A stretch of DNA of 64,000 nucleotides from Octopus sinensis. Lineage: Eukaryota. The position numbers and the translations under genes are program-made. Positions 10,871 to 24,010 of the stretch are shown one piece after another. The stretch lies in assembly GCF_006345805.1 (NCBI RefSeq), contig NC_043001.1:43648001-43712000 (forward strand). The letters run 5' to 3'. The notes under the pieces were generated by a model that was given only the letters and a program-made list of their open reading frames with translations, ran no database searches and was not told where the DNA came from. The stretch's first letter is position 1. Each line of letters begins with the position of its first letter.

Positions 10871-13800
10871 AGTGTACTAACCTGTTTAAGATCTAATGTA
10901 ATGTCTTCAAAGTTAGCTATTGTTAGGATGATACTCATAATCATATCTAAGTCAAATTCCTTGAATACATCCAGCAAGTCTTTTCTAAATCTGTCCAAAG
11001 TGGGGTTCTTCATATTATGTAAGTTTGCCAGGCTGTCATCTATGTACATATCATAGTTATGTGGGAAAGTTCAACTTCTAAGACTATCAAGGATGAAGAA
11101 ACCCACAATATTAGCCATCTCAGCACCATCATAGCTCTACAAGAAGTTATTGGACTGATTCAATAGTAGTTCATCCTTTTCTGTGAACCAATAAGGATTG
11201 TTACAGCATAACAATATCTTTCTGAAATACATCACTATCTTAATTGCTGTGAATTGTTTCCCAAAGTCCAGTACTTTCAAGAGGAGAGGTTTTGACAGAA
11301 GAATAAAATCCCATAATACTGAATCGAGTAGATCAGCAGGCTACTTTATTTTCCACGCTGTGGTACCATTATTTTACTACCAAACAACTAGAGAAAATAA
11401 TTCCCTGGACATTACTGCTTCAAAACCTAGAACTCATGGGGTCAGTTAATCAGTTTCCTTGAATCACAACATACTCCCCGAATGGGACACCAGTCTGTTG
11501 TAAGATTATTCATTTACAACTGAGTGTTAGTGCTATATCCTAACCACTGGTCTAATGCCTTCAACAACAACTAGAAGACATTCTTAAAACAATCTTCTGA
11601 TGTTCTTACACTTGCAGAAGCAATGAACTGTGTACTGCAACCTTTTAAGCCCTGCACAAACAATGTTGTCACAAATGTACAAAAACCTAGTCCTTTGGCA
11701 TACAATAGCATAAACACTGAAATGAATGTGTTAATTAACCTACAGAAAATAGGTTGTTATCTATATATGTTGTTGGTTTTTCTAAATTTCCGTTGCAGTT
11801 CTCTATCAGGTATGAAAATTTCTTTCAATAGTGATATACGATTTCCATTCATGCATCATATATAGTCAGTCCTTTTCCGGTTTGGATGTTTCTCCACTTA
11901 TTAAGGCTTTAGGTGCTTCTCTATTCTGACATTTAAGTGTTCCATTTCTCCTTTGAAATACTTTGAAATGCATTGGACAATACAGATGCCATTCTCGTGT
12001 TCCAGTCACTCTTAGATAAATATAACTTTGGTGAGAAAACTGAACAGTGTGATCTGAAGTCCTGATAATATGTGTTACATATAACTTTCTCAGAAGATAC
12101 TTGTAGTAAGGTAAAATAAGCAGACACAATAGAAGCTCTATTTTTGTGTTTGAGAGTGACAGTGACTTGTTATCTAAGAATGTGTTTTTCAGGTGACTTC
12201 TTCTGAAGCACCAAGTGTCTTGTCCTGAAACACAAATGCAATACTCACAACACATCAGTGATAGTGCAATATCATATCCATGCAGCATGTTTACCTCAAA
12301 TTAAATTTAAAATAAAATGAAAGCAAATTGAACAATTTATTTTATTACAGAATTTAATTAAAATACAGCTTCTGTATTGAGAAAAGATATATTCAATGGC
12401 AGAGTGTGTGAAGCAAACAATTGGGTAAGAGACTGGATATAACTTAAATCTAAGAAGATTCAAACAAGAGAGAGAAAGAGAGAGAGAGAGAGAGGGAGAA
12501 AGAGAGAATGAATAAAAAAAAAAGCTAGTAAAAACAACATTTGGCCAAAACAATTCACCCAAATTGTCTCTGGTTCTTTTGTCAGATACAGGTATATAAT
12601 ATTTACAAGATTTTAAATATAGAAAATAAAAGAAAGAAAAGTGTATGCATGTATGTGTGTGTGTGTGCACATGGTGTATATATTTATATATGTACAAACC
12701 TACTTCTATACATGTATAGCTTCTAAGAATAGTTTTGTTTTTTAAATATTCTTCCAGTTTCTTATGTGTGTGTGTATTCTATATACAAAGGGATTTACAA
12801 GAAGTGTATTCTTACAAGAGTTTCTTTTTTTTAAATTTCAGTACTTTTTGAGATCCTTATTATTTGGGATTTGGTCCAATCCAAAACACAATGTCTATTA
12901 GTTGTGTAAGCAGTTAGTCAGGGATAGAAGATAGAATATACACATATGTACACATAAAAAGGTTTCACTAATTTGAAAATGCTTAAAAAGTTTAATATTG
13001 AATTCTCTATAGCTATATAGATGGTAGTTGAAATTTGGTTAGGAGTATTACCAAGTGTCTCTGAAGTAAATCTATAAACAGTAGAGTGAAGAACTGGAAT
13101 CAAAATCTTAACAGATAACAGTTAGAAGAATTTTCAATCATAATCATCATCTTCCCCATCCTCCTCATCATCATCACTATCACCATCACCAACACTGTCA
13201 TATTGCCAAAGATGAGGTCTTTGGATATAAGCTTGTACTATATATTTCTGTCTTCCTTTATTACAACTAGATATTTTTGAGTAAAAATAGAAAAAAATTT
13301 CCTGCCAAAATATGAAAACATTGCAAAGGACAAGTGCCAACCTTCTCAACAAATAATTTAGGTTTGCAATTTTTAAGCATAAAGATTCAATAAATAACAT
13401 GGTATGTAAGTAGCAAGTAGGATTCTAGATAATGTTTCAAGTTTTGGTCATGTCAACAATAAATTTGCATTGAGGAATCATAGTAATATTTTACTCTCAA
13501 TACAGATATGCTGATTGTTGCAACTAGCATTATGTAGCACTTTTATATTAGCATAAATATTTTAACCCTTTAGCATTCAGATTACTGTCAAATGTAAAAT
13601 ATATTTATTCACATTGTTTTGAATTAGTCATACATTGTCTTATAACTGAGATTTCAATGATGCGATTGTTTATTTTTAGAGTGACAATGTAGGATAGGTG
13701 TGAGAGGCTGGATTTGACCTGTTTTATCATAAAACAAGTAGAATATTTGAGCTAGATATGTCTGGTTTAAATGCTAAAGGGGTTAAACATTTTCTGATAA

Positions 13801-14319
13801 AATATATTTAAAATTTCAGTTTCAATGTTAAATAATAATGGTATTTAACTTGAATAAAAAAAAAAGTCTTTCTATATCTAATGATCAAATTACTGTAATG
13901 ATGTAAGGATATTAAGGTGTCATAATACTTTTTATCAAAGATATGCATTACTATAATAAGATTCTAATTTCTTAGTTAACTTGAATTTTCCAACCAATAG
14001 TTGTTGTTTAAATATTAGTTCTTTCTGAAAAAAACATTTTACAATTAAATGTCTACAATGACAGTTACATAAAAGATTAAATAAGAAAATAAATGTATGT
14101 CATGTGGTTGTCAGTAACTTAAGTGTCATGACTTTAGTACAATGAGAATAGTCAACTCTGGTGCAAAGTACCAAGTATTAGTAATCACAGTCAGGGAAAA
14201 AAATGCAGTCATTTGTGGAAATGAGTACACATTCTAAGGAAATCAGACTTTAATGTCATGGCCATAGGCACAAATAACTCCATGGAAATTGTTTCAAAAT
14301 TTTGGCACAAGGTCAGCAA

Positions 14320-14510
14320 TTTTGCAGGGAGCAGGGATTTGTTGACAAAATAAGCTCCAATACTTTGCTGATAGTTTTTTTCTATTGACTCTGAAAGGTC
14401 TAAAGGTAAATTGACGGCAGGATCTGAACTCAGAATGTAAAGTGCCAGAAGATATGCCACTAAGCATTTTCCCAATGTTCTAACAATTCTCCCACCTTGC
14501 TGCCTTATAA
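14320..14510 (-). mobile_element. Degenerate family-A SINE
   Basis: Reverse complement of ...gaattgttagaacattgggaaaatgcttagtggc...ttctgagttcagatcc... head and core. Confidence 0.6.
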
Positions 14511-15230
14511 GGAAATTACTAATTTCAGCCGAAGCCTTCCCCCTAGCAACAAACGATTTAAAAACATTGTTGCTTTCTTAACTTCAAAATTTAGGAAGCT
14601 CTACTTATTAGAAACAACTTTCAATACAACTAATCTTATTAATTATTCTATTTATTCTTGACAATGAAAGGTTGTATAGAACACCCTTGATTATAATTGA
14701 GAAATAGGGTTTAGACTTAAAGTAGGCTGTGGCCAAGCTGGGGTACTGCCATTTGTTTACTTTAAAATGCTTCATTCAATACTTATACAACAGTTTTACT
14801 TAAAAGATAAAAAGATGAAAATACTTATTAATCCTACAGACAAATGCAATCACAGGCAATTGCTTGTCTTTTTTCCTGATTAGCCAAGCACATCAATAAG
14901 TAATTACTTTTATAGACAAAATTCGCAGTTTTGTGATAACAGTGTTCATGCTTTTCCAAAGAGAAGTGAAATTGCTACAGCTAAGAATTGAAACTGAATG
15001 CCAGACTTCATTCTGTAGCAATTTATATCTTACTTTACAACATTAATCATACAAGAACAAAAAATCCCCCCATCACTTTGAAAACGATGGTTGAAATTTT
15101 CTAGAGAACAATGAACTATATATATATTTATACACATATATATGCAGGTCTTAGCATTTGTGTAGTGAACTTTCAACCAATCACACAATTACTTATGCAC
15201 TAAAATAACCTTAAAAAATACATCAAATAA

Positions 15231-15233
<3 letters not shown>

Positions 15234-15310
<77 letters not shown>
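15234..15310. repeat. (AG)n microsatellite (one of many TA, CA, AG and ATC tracts in the window)
   Basis: Direct reading. Confidence 0.95.
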
Positions 15311-15313
<3 letters not shown>

Positions 15314-18300
15314 AGATAACTAAAGATGCAGTAATGTTACAAACTTTGCTGTTTTCCCCATCTATTTCCTGTATCACTTTAGCCCTCTCAATTTTCTGCT
15401 CTTTCTCTGGCATTTTTACTTTAACTCTTACTCAGCCACTCACTTCTTATAATCCTCTGTCTTACTCTCTCTCACTTGCTTCACCCCTATTTTCTAAAGT
15501 TTCAATATAAACCTCACTGCTACTGCTACTAGCATCATTTACCATTAGCAGATCTTATTTCCATTTTCTATAACTTTTACTCTCTCTTTTTCTTCTTTTG
15601 CTGTATATCTTTCTCAATTTAGCATCATCAGCACCAATATCATCATTACTGCCTCTGCCACCACCACTATCATAACAACCAAATAGTTTTTACTATTTGA
15701 GTTACTTCTCTTATAAATAAAATATTTCTATATTTTATTTATAAGATTTTTGTGTGGAGTGTTATTTTTTGGAGGTGGATTTTTGAGGATTTCTATGGGG
15801 TTATCAATATCATTAAATGTATTATTGTATTAATAGGTAAGTGAAGTAAGCAAATCAAGCCCTTTTCTAAAGTTTTTTTTAACAATCAAACACAAATGAA
15901 TAACAAAGCAGTTTATGTTTGGATTTCAACATATATAACTGTTTCTTTAAGAAAACCAAAATAGACAGTATTTAAGATTAGGCTATTAACACACATTTTC
16001 AATTAAGAAAATATGAATTAAAATCAAGAGAAATAACTTTTTTAACTCCTCGCAAAATATATTGTTCTAATTTCTAAAGATATCTAGTGGAAATTGATAC
16101 AAAATACTATTCATGCGGGAAGAATACATTTCTTTTTATCTTTAGAAACATAGATAATATTTTGTTTAATGTTTTATCTATATAATTCTTGAAAATGAAA
16201 GGTTGCATAGAACTCGTTTTGCTATAGTTCAAAAGAAAACAGGCTTAGACTTAAAGTACATAGTAGAGATGGTAGAATAAAGGTTCTAGATTGTTTTGTA
16301 AATATTTTACATCTTTATAGAGCAAACTCGAAGATTGCTCCTGTTTGTAGGTTTATTAGATAGATTGAATTTAATTTAACAAAAATATATCAAATCTAAA
16401 TATATGAAAGAAAAGGAGAAAATAGCCAAACATATACAAATAATTTTTATTCCTTTCCACTTTTCAGAAAAGCAAACATTTTATATATGGACAAAATAAT
16501 AAAATTACAAAACCAAGTATGGCCACAAGTTAAAAATAAGTAGTTTATGTATGCAGATGTATTCATATATATGAATGCACTTATGAATGGAGGAAAGGAC
16601 AAAATAAAATATTCAGTTTGCGAAGATATTTTGTTAATTACAATAAAATTGAAATTGAAAATTTCATTGTACTAATACTAAATTCAGTTAGATTTTTTGC
16701 TACATAGTTTTATTTAGGTTGAAAAAAATTTCTTGAATGAATTTATTAGAACAGGACATTATAATTCAAGGGAGGTAAATCTGATGAATAGATATCAAAT
16801 TGAAAACCGGTCTCTATTGCATAAAATTTTGATACAAAAGGATTGTTTAGTTGGAATTTATAATAGATTATCATTCAGAACTGTTTACATTACAACCATA
16901 GGCATACAATGTTGCATGATAAAAGATGCAAAATTATTATTATAATCATTATTATTAAAAGTACACACTTTCCTAGAGTATTTAATTTCAGAGAAAAATG
17001 AGAGGAAAAGGAAATGCAACATAAAATCCACAATCCAATCGTAGTAAGTGAAAGATTATTGGAATAACTTCACTGTATTCAGATTTGATTGCAGATTTGG
17101 CAACACAGTTACACATTTATAGGGGATGATGTAGAAGACTGCGTATAAGAGACATGCTTCAGGTTTATAACAAAACAAAAACTGCTAAATGTCTTAATGC
17201 AAAATTTACTTCAGTAAAACAGGGAAGGATATCAATGTTAGGTAGGAAAGTTCCCTTACTCTTCCCCTCAACAGTATGTAATGTTCTAGTGATACCTGCT
17301 ATCTCTACAGGTCAATAACAATATGTAAAATAAATCTATTTTGCTATACACTTGCTAAATGTGACATGCCTGGGAAGCTACTTAGTTTAGTATCATCAGA
17401 TCCATGAGTGCCTTGAGTGGAGTAAGGGGATGGGTACTTTTTCAATAAATACTTACAAATCTATTGTTTAAGGAAATATTTTGTGAATAGGAAATATCTG
17501 TTTCAAATGTCAGGAATGTTAAGAAAAGGTAGTCAAATATACAAGCTCCAAAATAAATCTCGAAGATGATGATGATGATGATGATGATAGTGATGATCAG
17601 ACAGTTGGATACACTTAAGATTCATCATGACCCTTGTTCTTCAGTAAAAAATGAAATTCACAAATTTAACATAGAAGACAAAATAGTATTATTAGCAATG
17701 GAAGGAATAATAAATGAATCCTAACAAATATTCTCAATTAAAATAGATACAGACATATACAAAGAAAATAAATCTAAATAAAAAGCATTTAAATGTATGG
17801 TGGTATGCGTAATACTAGATATATCTGAAAGCAATTGAATGCATGTGAGTTAATATATGATATATGTATGTATGTGTAAGTTTTGTTGATATAGATGACA
17901 ATGTATATTTGATTCTATTTTACCCTTTTCTTCCAAGTGTATAATGAAAGTTTATTATAAATGTATTTACTATAAATGCATGATTAACAAGTTTTTTTTC
18001 TTTATAAATGTCCTAAACAAAAAAATCAATAATTTTTACATTTGTTATATATCTCAGGAGCTAGGTTTGGAAGAGAATGTCTTGCAAGCCTTGATCCTGA
18101 AGAAAATGACAGATGTGCAAATTGAAAATATTATAAATACAATACAAAAATAATGCAAAAAGCAATTAAAATTATATTTTTAAAAAATTGTTTTCTAAAT
18201 AATGATCAATACACAATTAAATTTTTTCACTCATATTTCCCCAATAATGTAAGAATAAATATTTTCAAACTATTCCTTTAAAAAAAAATTAGACCCCTTT

Positions 18301-19690
18301 TACCACAGTGATATCGATTGGGCAGTATTTTATGATGAAGTGGCTAACTTAGGGAATGATGACAAAACTATTTTATAAACTGCAAAAATGAGGCTCATTT
18401 GTTTGCTCAGGAGAGCAAAAAAAATTCATAAAGATACAGAGTCTAAGACTTATAGAAATGGAATTATAAGACATAATGCTAGCATGGAAAGCGGACGTTA
18501 AACGATGATGAATGATGTTTATATCTATTGCAAGGGCACACAACAATGAAAAATCTGTCACAGACTTCTCTGGTTGAGAGCACATCAATATTGTATGGTA
18601 TTCAAGAGAGTGTAGGTATAAAGAACATTTGTGTGTGTAATTTTTCCGGTTTGGCATAAATTAAATGTCTTTGTTCTATAACCTGAAGCATTATAAAAAC
18701 AGACTCACCCACTTGTTAATTTAAGAGAAAAAATCTAATCACTTGATAAAATACTTTTAAAGAAATGTTAGTTGTACAGTAAGCAATTCTACTTGTTCAT
18801 TCATTGTAAATATATTTAATAGATGAGATTCACTTTCAAAAAGTGTGTATGTTACAATTTGTTTAGCTGAAAGAGATTCATTCTCATTTGAAAATGCTTG
18901 CGATAAAGGGAAATCTATTGATAGTATGTACACAGATATACACATGTACACACACAGTCCTGAACAAATTCTTACTATGAAGTAGTAATGTTTTATTTTA
19001 GTATTTCTTTTAATAGTAAAATGCATTTAAGACTTGAAATTTAAAAACCCTGGCAAGATAAAAGAACAGTGAGAAAAACTAATAGTAGCATTGTGTCTAT
19101 CTCCTGTTAAACTAGCTTCTGAAAAATGAGGAGTAATGAAAACAGGAATAGGAATTAATACATTTGGACCAAGCTAAGTCATCAGACACTAACATATGTA
19201 AATAGAAACAACTGTTGATTTCTTACATACATACTAATCACAGAATTATTTGTAAAACAGGGGAAACAAGGTTCTGAGAAGCTGATGCTTTTTCCCAAAG
19301 GCATTAACAACTAACAACAAAATGAAATAGCTACAACCGGGAATTAAAACTGGATGGCAAACTCAGCTCACCGAGAAATAATGTCTGATTTATAACAGTT
19401 TATGTTTGGCATTTGAAGAATTTTCATCAAGAACAGAACACTGGGAATGATACAACACTCCCAAGTATCGTAGGATATTAGATAAATTTTGGTAGGAATG
19501 GGTAGATGGATGAAATAAATCAGTATATTCACAACAGAAATATATTACTTCCATAAAATAAAGATCTTGTATGGAATATACTTACTTTAGAGAATTTTCA
19601 AAGAGAAAGTAAATTAAGTTTTTGTGTATGTAGCTTATGTGTTAATAATTATTTAGCTATAAATGTGTTTGTATGTATGTTGTTTTGTTT

Positions 19691-19735
<45 letters not shown>

Positions 19736-20273
19736 TATATTAAGTATGTACTGATATGTATTTATCTATGAGAGAGAGAAAGAGAGAGTGGTATGTATAT
19801 ACATGTGTGGTTTAAAGGTTCTCATTTCATTCCTCTCTCTTTTCGATATGTTAAAACAATCAATATTTTGACAAACTACAAAGTGAATATGGTGTCAAAC
19901 ATAAGCAGTTAAAACAAACGAACTAATATACAGTATAAATGAAAATAAAGATTAAAATATTAAAAAGTAATATATGCTAAATTGTAAAAAAAAAAACCTC
20001 ATTGTTTTTTTTAGGGCCATGGAGATTTTACTGAAGGGAAACAAAATGAAATATCTTTATGTAGAGTTAAAGCTAAATATATGAAAAGTCTTTTTTTAGA
20101 ATATTTATAATTTTTGTGTGAAGATTTCATCTCCATGCATAGGAGCCAAAAAAAAAAAAAATTTCAAGAACATGTTAAATTTTGTCACAAAATATACAAA
20201 TGGAAGGTAATTTTACATTGTTATTTTTTATTCTTTCATTTTTCTCCAGTTTCTATTCAGTTTGTTCCCCCAT

Positions 20274-20307
<34 letters not shown>

Positions 20308-20324
20308 TGATGATTTCTGATTTA

Positions 20325-20520
20325 GGCACAAGGCCACCAATTTTGAGGAATGGGGTTGTCGATTCCATCAATCCCAGTGCTTGACTAGTACTTTATTTTA
20401 CAACCCTAGAGAGGTGAAACGCAAGGTTGGCCTTAATGGGATTTGAACTCAGAATGTAGAGCTGGAAGAAATGCCAGAAGGCATTTCTTAACGATGCTTT
20501 AACATCTCTGCCAATCCAAA
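20325..20520 (-). mobile_element. Degenerate family-A SINE in the presumptive SORL1 3'UTR
   Basis: tcgattccatcaatcccagtgcttgactagtactttattttac...gatttgaactcagaatg is the reverse complement of the family-A core. Confidence 0.65.
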
Positions 20521-21058
20521 AATAAAAAGGAATGTGTAATAGGAATGTATAACAACAGTCAAATGATCTCAGTGAAGTTTAGCAGCATGTTAAATAGCTG
20601 TTAATTAAGAATTCTGATGTTTGTAGGATGGCATGTATAGATGTATGGTGAGTGTGTGTGCTTGTGTGTAAGGGAAAAGTGGAACTGATCTATTTAAAAG
20701 CCAGCCAACATATTGACCAAAAGGGAGTCTTTTTTAGCTGCAGGAAGGGAGCAAGCCCAAGTCAAGTGGACAACAATATCACATAGGAAATACACTCAGA
20801 ATTATGGCCAACTCCAATGAGTGTAAAATGTATATCAGTGTGAATACATATGTAAGAGTGTGTTTGTTTATGACTGATGGATGTATGTATGCCTGTTTGT
20901 AATTGCATATATATATGTGTGTGTGTTTGGTGTGTGGATAGCCAATTCTAATATACTGTTATTGTTGCTCAGTAAATGTGTTCTGCAGACATTCTAAGTA
21001 AGTCTGCCAGTGGCAGCAGATTGTTACCATGGCTATTCTGCTCCATTCTATAGCCATT

Positions 21059-21123
21059 CTATGCTATCACTAACGGTTCATCATCAGAAAATCCTGTTAT
21101 CATTGGAGAATCTTCGTCTTCTC
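21059..21123 (-). CDS. SORL1: SORL1 last coding exon (acidic cluster and C-terminal GGA-binding-type motif)
   Basis: ttcag|GA GAA GAC...GCA TAG; (G)EDEDSPMITGFSDDEPLVIA*. Confidence 0.96.
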
Positions 21124-21299
21124 CTGAAAAGAAAGAAAAAACAGTAATATTAAATGGTAATGAAATACAGGAATTAAATGAGAAGGATGTATAAAAGTTG
21201 GGAAGGAATGAGGTGAGCATGTTCCACAGGATGTTAGCAGTGCATGAACAATGGAATTCAAAAGAGAGAAGACTGAGCTGGTACAGACATATGATGTAT

Positions 21300-22070
21300 A
21301 TATGTGCCATTGAAAAAGTGAGCAAATTGGGTCAGTGGGTTCCTCACAAACTTTCCGAGTCTAATCACTTGCAGAGAGCGAATGTGTGCTCTTTTTAGCT
21401 GTCATGTCTCATGAATGAACCTCTTTTGAACTGAATAGTGACTGGTGACGATAAATGGGTTCTCTATAAAAATGTCAAGGTAGGGAAAGGAGAAACACCA
21501 GCACCTCAGGCTAACAAAGGTCTTCACCCATGTAAGGTGGGTTATATGTTTGGTGGGATATGAAAAGTTTAGTCCACTTTGAACTTTTAAACCCAAACCA
21601 AATGATAACAAAGGAGATTACTGCGAGCAGCTTAAGTCAGTGCTAGAAGAAAAACGACCATCTTTGGTTTCAAGACAAAAGATGTTCTTCCATCAGGATA
21701 ATGCTCGGTCACATACAGTGAGGATGATATTCCAAAGGCTGAAGCAGTTTGAATGGGAAACAATGCCCCATCCACCATATTTGCCAGACATTGCTCCATC
21801 TGATTATCATCTATTTTGAAGTCTTCAAAATCATTTGGACGGAGAAAATATGAATTCTGTAGACAAGGTTAGAACAGTACTGGAGGAGTATTTTTTGTAA
21901 TGGACAAGTGAATTTTGGAAGAGGGACCTTGTAAGTCTACCAGATAGATTGAAGAGCATTGTAGAAAATGAAGGAGAGTATATTTTAGATTAAAAAAGAA
22001 CTTTGTTTCTCTTAATTTTGAAAAATAAAAGAAGTATAAAAAACCGCATTAGTTATGGGATGACACAATA
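21300..22070 (+). mobile_element. 5'-truncated mariner (DD34D) transposon in the last SORL1 intron
   Basis: GQWVPHKL, VTGDDKW, HQDNARSH, PHPPYLPDIAPSDYHLF and VENEGEYILD* motifs; right TIR aaaccgcattagttatgggatgacacaata. Confidence 0.9.
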
Positions 22071-22159
22071 TTTTCTTTGCGCTTTTCTGGCTTTATCAAA
22101 AATGTATGACAAAGTAAAGCAAACATAAAATTTAAGGGAAGAAAAAAAAAGCAACTTAC

Positions 22160-22363
22160 CTAGATATTCTGCAGAATTAAAGGTCGTTCGTTCTGATCGA
22201 GGATCATAATGACTACTGGCATAGGCAAGGAAGCTGCGTTGGAGGCGTTTATGTCGCACAAAGAGAACAAGGAGGATACTGCCTAAGATGACTAAGATGA
22301 GAGTCACAACACTGATGGGTACAACGATGGCAACAAGATTGACACTTGAGGCCTTCACAGTCA
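22160..22363 (-). CDS. SORL1: SORL1 exon, transmembrane helix and proximal cytoplasmic tail
   Basis: tacag|TG ACT...CTA G|gtaagt; TVKASSVNLVAIVVPISVVTLILVILGSILLVLFVRHKRLQRSFLAYASSHYDPRSERTTFNSAEYL. Confidence 0.96.
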
Positions 22364-22866
22364 CTGTAAAAAAAAAAAAATAAAAGAAAGAAAGAGGTGT
22401 GTAATTTAGTTTCCTTTTCAATATAATTTTTCTTTAAATATATATGTTTTCTTTAAAATATATTAAGTCATTCTGAACAGAAAGGTAGTTTCTAAGAGAA
22501 GGATGCCGAAATTTGGAGCAGCAAGTTTTGGGGTTCAAAGGTTGTTGGAAACAGTAGAAGATTAAGGAAAAAAACAAAGAAACAAACATAATAATAAGCC
22601 TTAATTAAGAATGTGTCTTGAACTGAATTCAGCCCTCTGCAGGCACAACTAAACTTTATAGGTGCAGGCATGGCTATATGGTTAAAAAGCTTGCTTTGGA
22701 ACCATGTGGTTTCAGGTTCAGTTCCACTGCATGATAACTTGGGCAAGTGTCTTCTACTTGAAAAAAAAAGGGGGGGGGGCAGGGTTAGCAAAGCAACATA
22801 GATTAATAAACAAATATTTGTAATATTAATTTCTTAAACACAACAACATAACACAAAAATACTTAC

Positions 22867-23050
22867 AAGGAATGGCAAGGGAAGCTACACTACTAAATTT
22901 TCCATAGTAGCCTTCAATTTTATTCAGTCGCACTTTTAGTTGATACATGAATCCTTTAGCAAGTTTATTCAAACTGACTGATGTACTGTTGATAACACAG
23001 TACTGCTGAAAATCTTTCTCACCACCAACTTTGTAGACTACTTGATAGCC
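22867..23050 (-). CDS. SORL1: SORL1 exon, FN3-6 second half
   Basis: tacag|GGC TAT...CCT T|gtaagt; GYQVVYKVGGEKDFQQYCVINSTSVSLNKLAKGFMYQLKVRLNKIEGYYGKFSSVASLAIP. Confidence 0.91.
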
Positions 23051-23970
23051 CTGTATCAGAAATGAATACAATACTGATTAAATGAATTGAATATTTTGAA
23101 GATGCAACAGAAATTATAAAGTTATACATGAGACACAAACAGATGTGGGGTTAATGGACTGAACCACAAATCATATAGTCACAAGTTGAAGCCATTTGTT
23201 GTATTTGCTACAATTACAGTACAAGCTAGCTCTGCTACAAGTTACAGATACCCTTTTATCACTCTAGTTAGCAGAAATGTAGTGAATCAGTGACTGGCTC
23301 ACTAGAAATGTCTAACTAATTATTGTTCAGAAATTATTATATAAAATATATAAATAAAAGACTAATATTTACAGTAGCATTTCTAGAAGAAATGCAAAAC
23401 TGACTTCAGCACTTCAGCAGGATAAAATCAGAAAAGAGAGTTGTATCTTGACCAAAACTTCTTTTTGATATGCAAATGACAAGTTTATTTGAATTGTGAA
23501 AGCTGATGCATTATGAAAGATTTCTTTCCAACCTATTGACCAGTATATTGATAGACAGATAAGGTGGAAAATTGGCAGATTTGCCAGAATAGTGGATGAT
23601 AGAAAACCTTGTGGTATTTGTAGTGATTCTCTGTGCTCTGAGGTCTACATAGAGTTTTATTGTTTCTGGATCAATAAATAAAATACCAATCCAAAATTGC
23701 TTGAGGGTTGGAAAAGATGCCTTGTGAGATCTAATCTAGGTCTCTGTATTTTGACAGTAACACATGCAATGACACTGGCAAAAAAAGCCATATCATGCAA
23801 GAGTTGGTCACCTTTCCCTTGAATAAACATAAGTGGAAGAAAAGAGACTTGTATGCATGGATAACTGTCAGTTTTCTTGAAAAGAAAGCAAAAACAAAAC
23901 AAAAAACACACACTAGGCCTGCACATACATGTGCAGAAGAACAGACAACCTTGGTGGTTGGAGAGACTAG

Positions 23971-24001
<31 letters not shown>

Positions 24002-24010
24002 TATATATAT

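Larger units (their letters stand above)
8960..11400 (-). mobile_element. Degenerate Penelope-like retroelement (RT plus GIY-YIG), interrupted by two DNA transposons
   Basis: Minus translations: SYDGAEMANIVGFFIL, MYIDDSLANLHN..DRFRKDLLDVFK..ANFEDITLDL (RT); RKRNVIWFTPP; KSYFQPIYTHLKFFN; and ELFNCHHKQRFSL-like C-terminus typical of PLE GIY-YIG; many stops. Confidence 0.72.
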
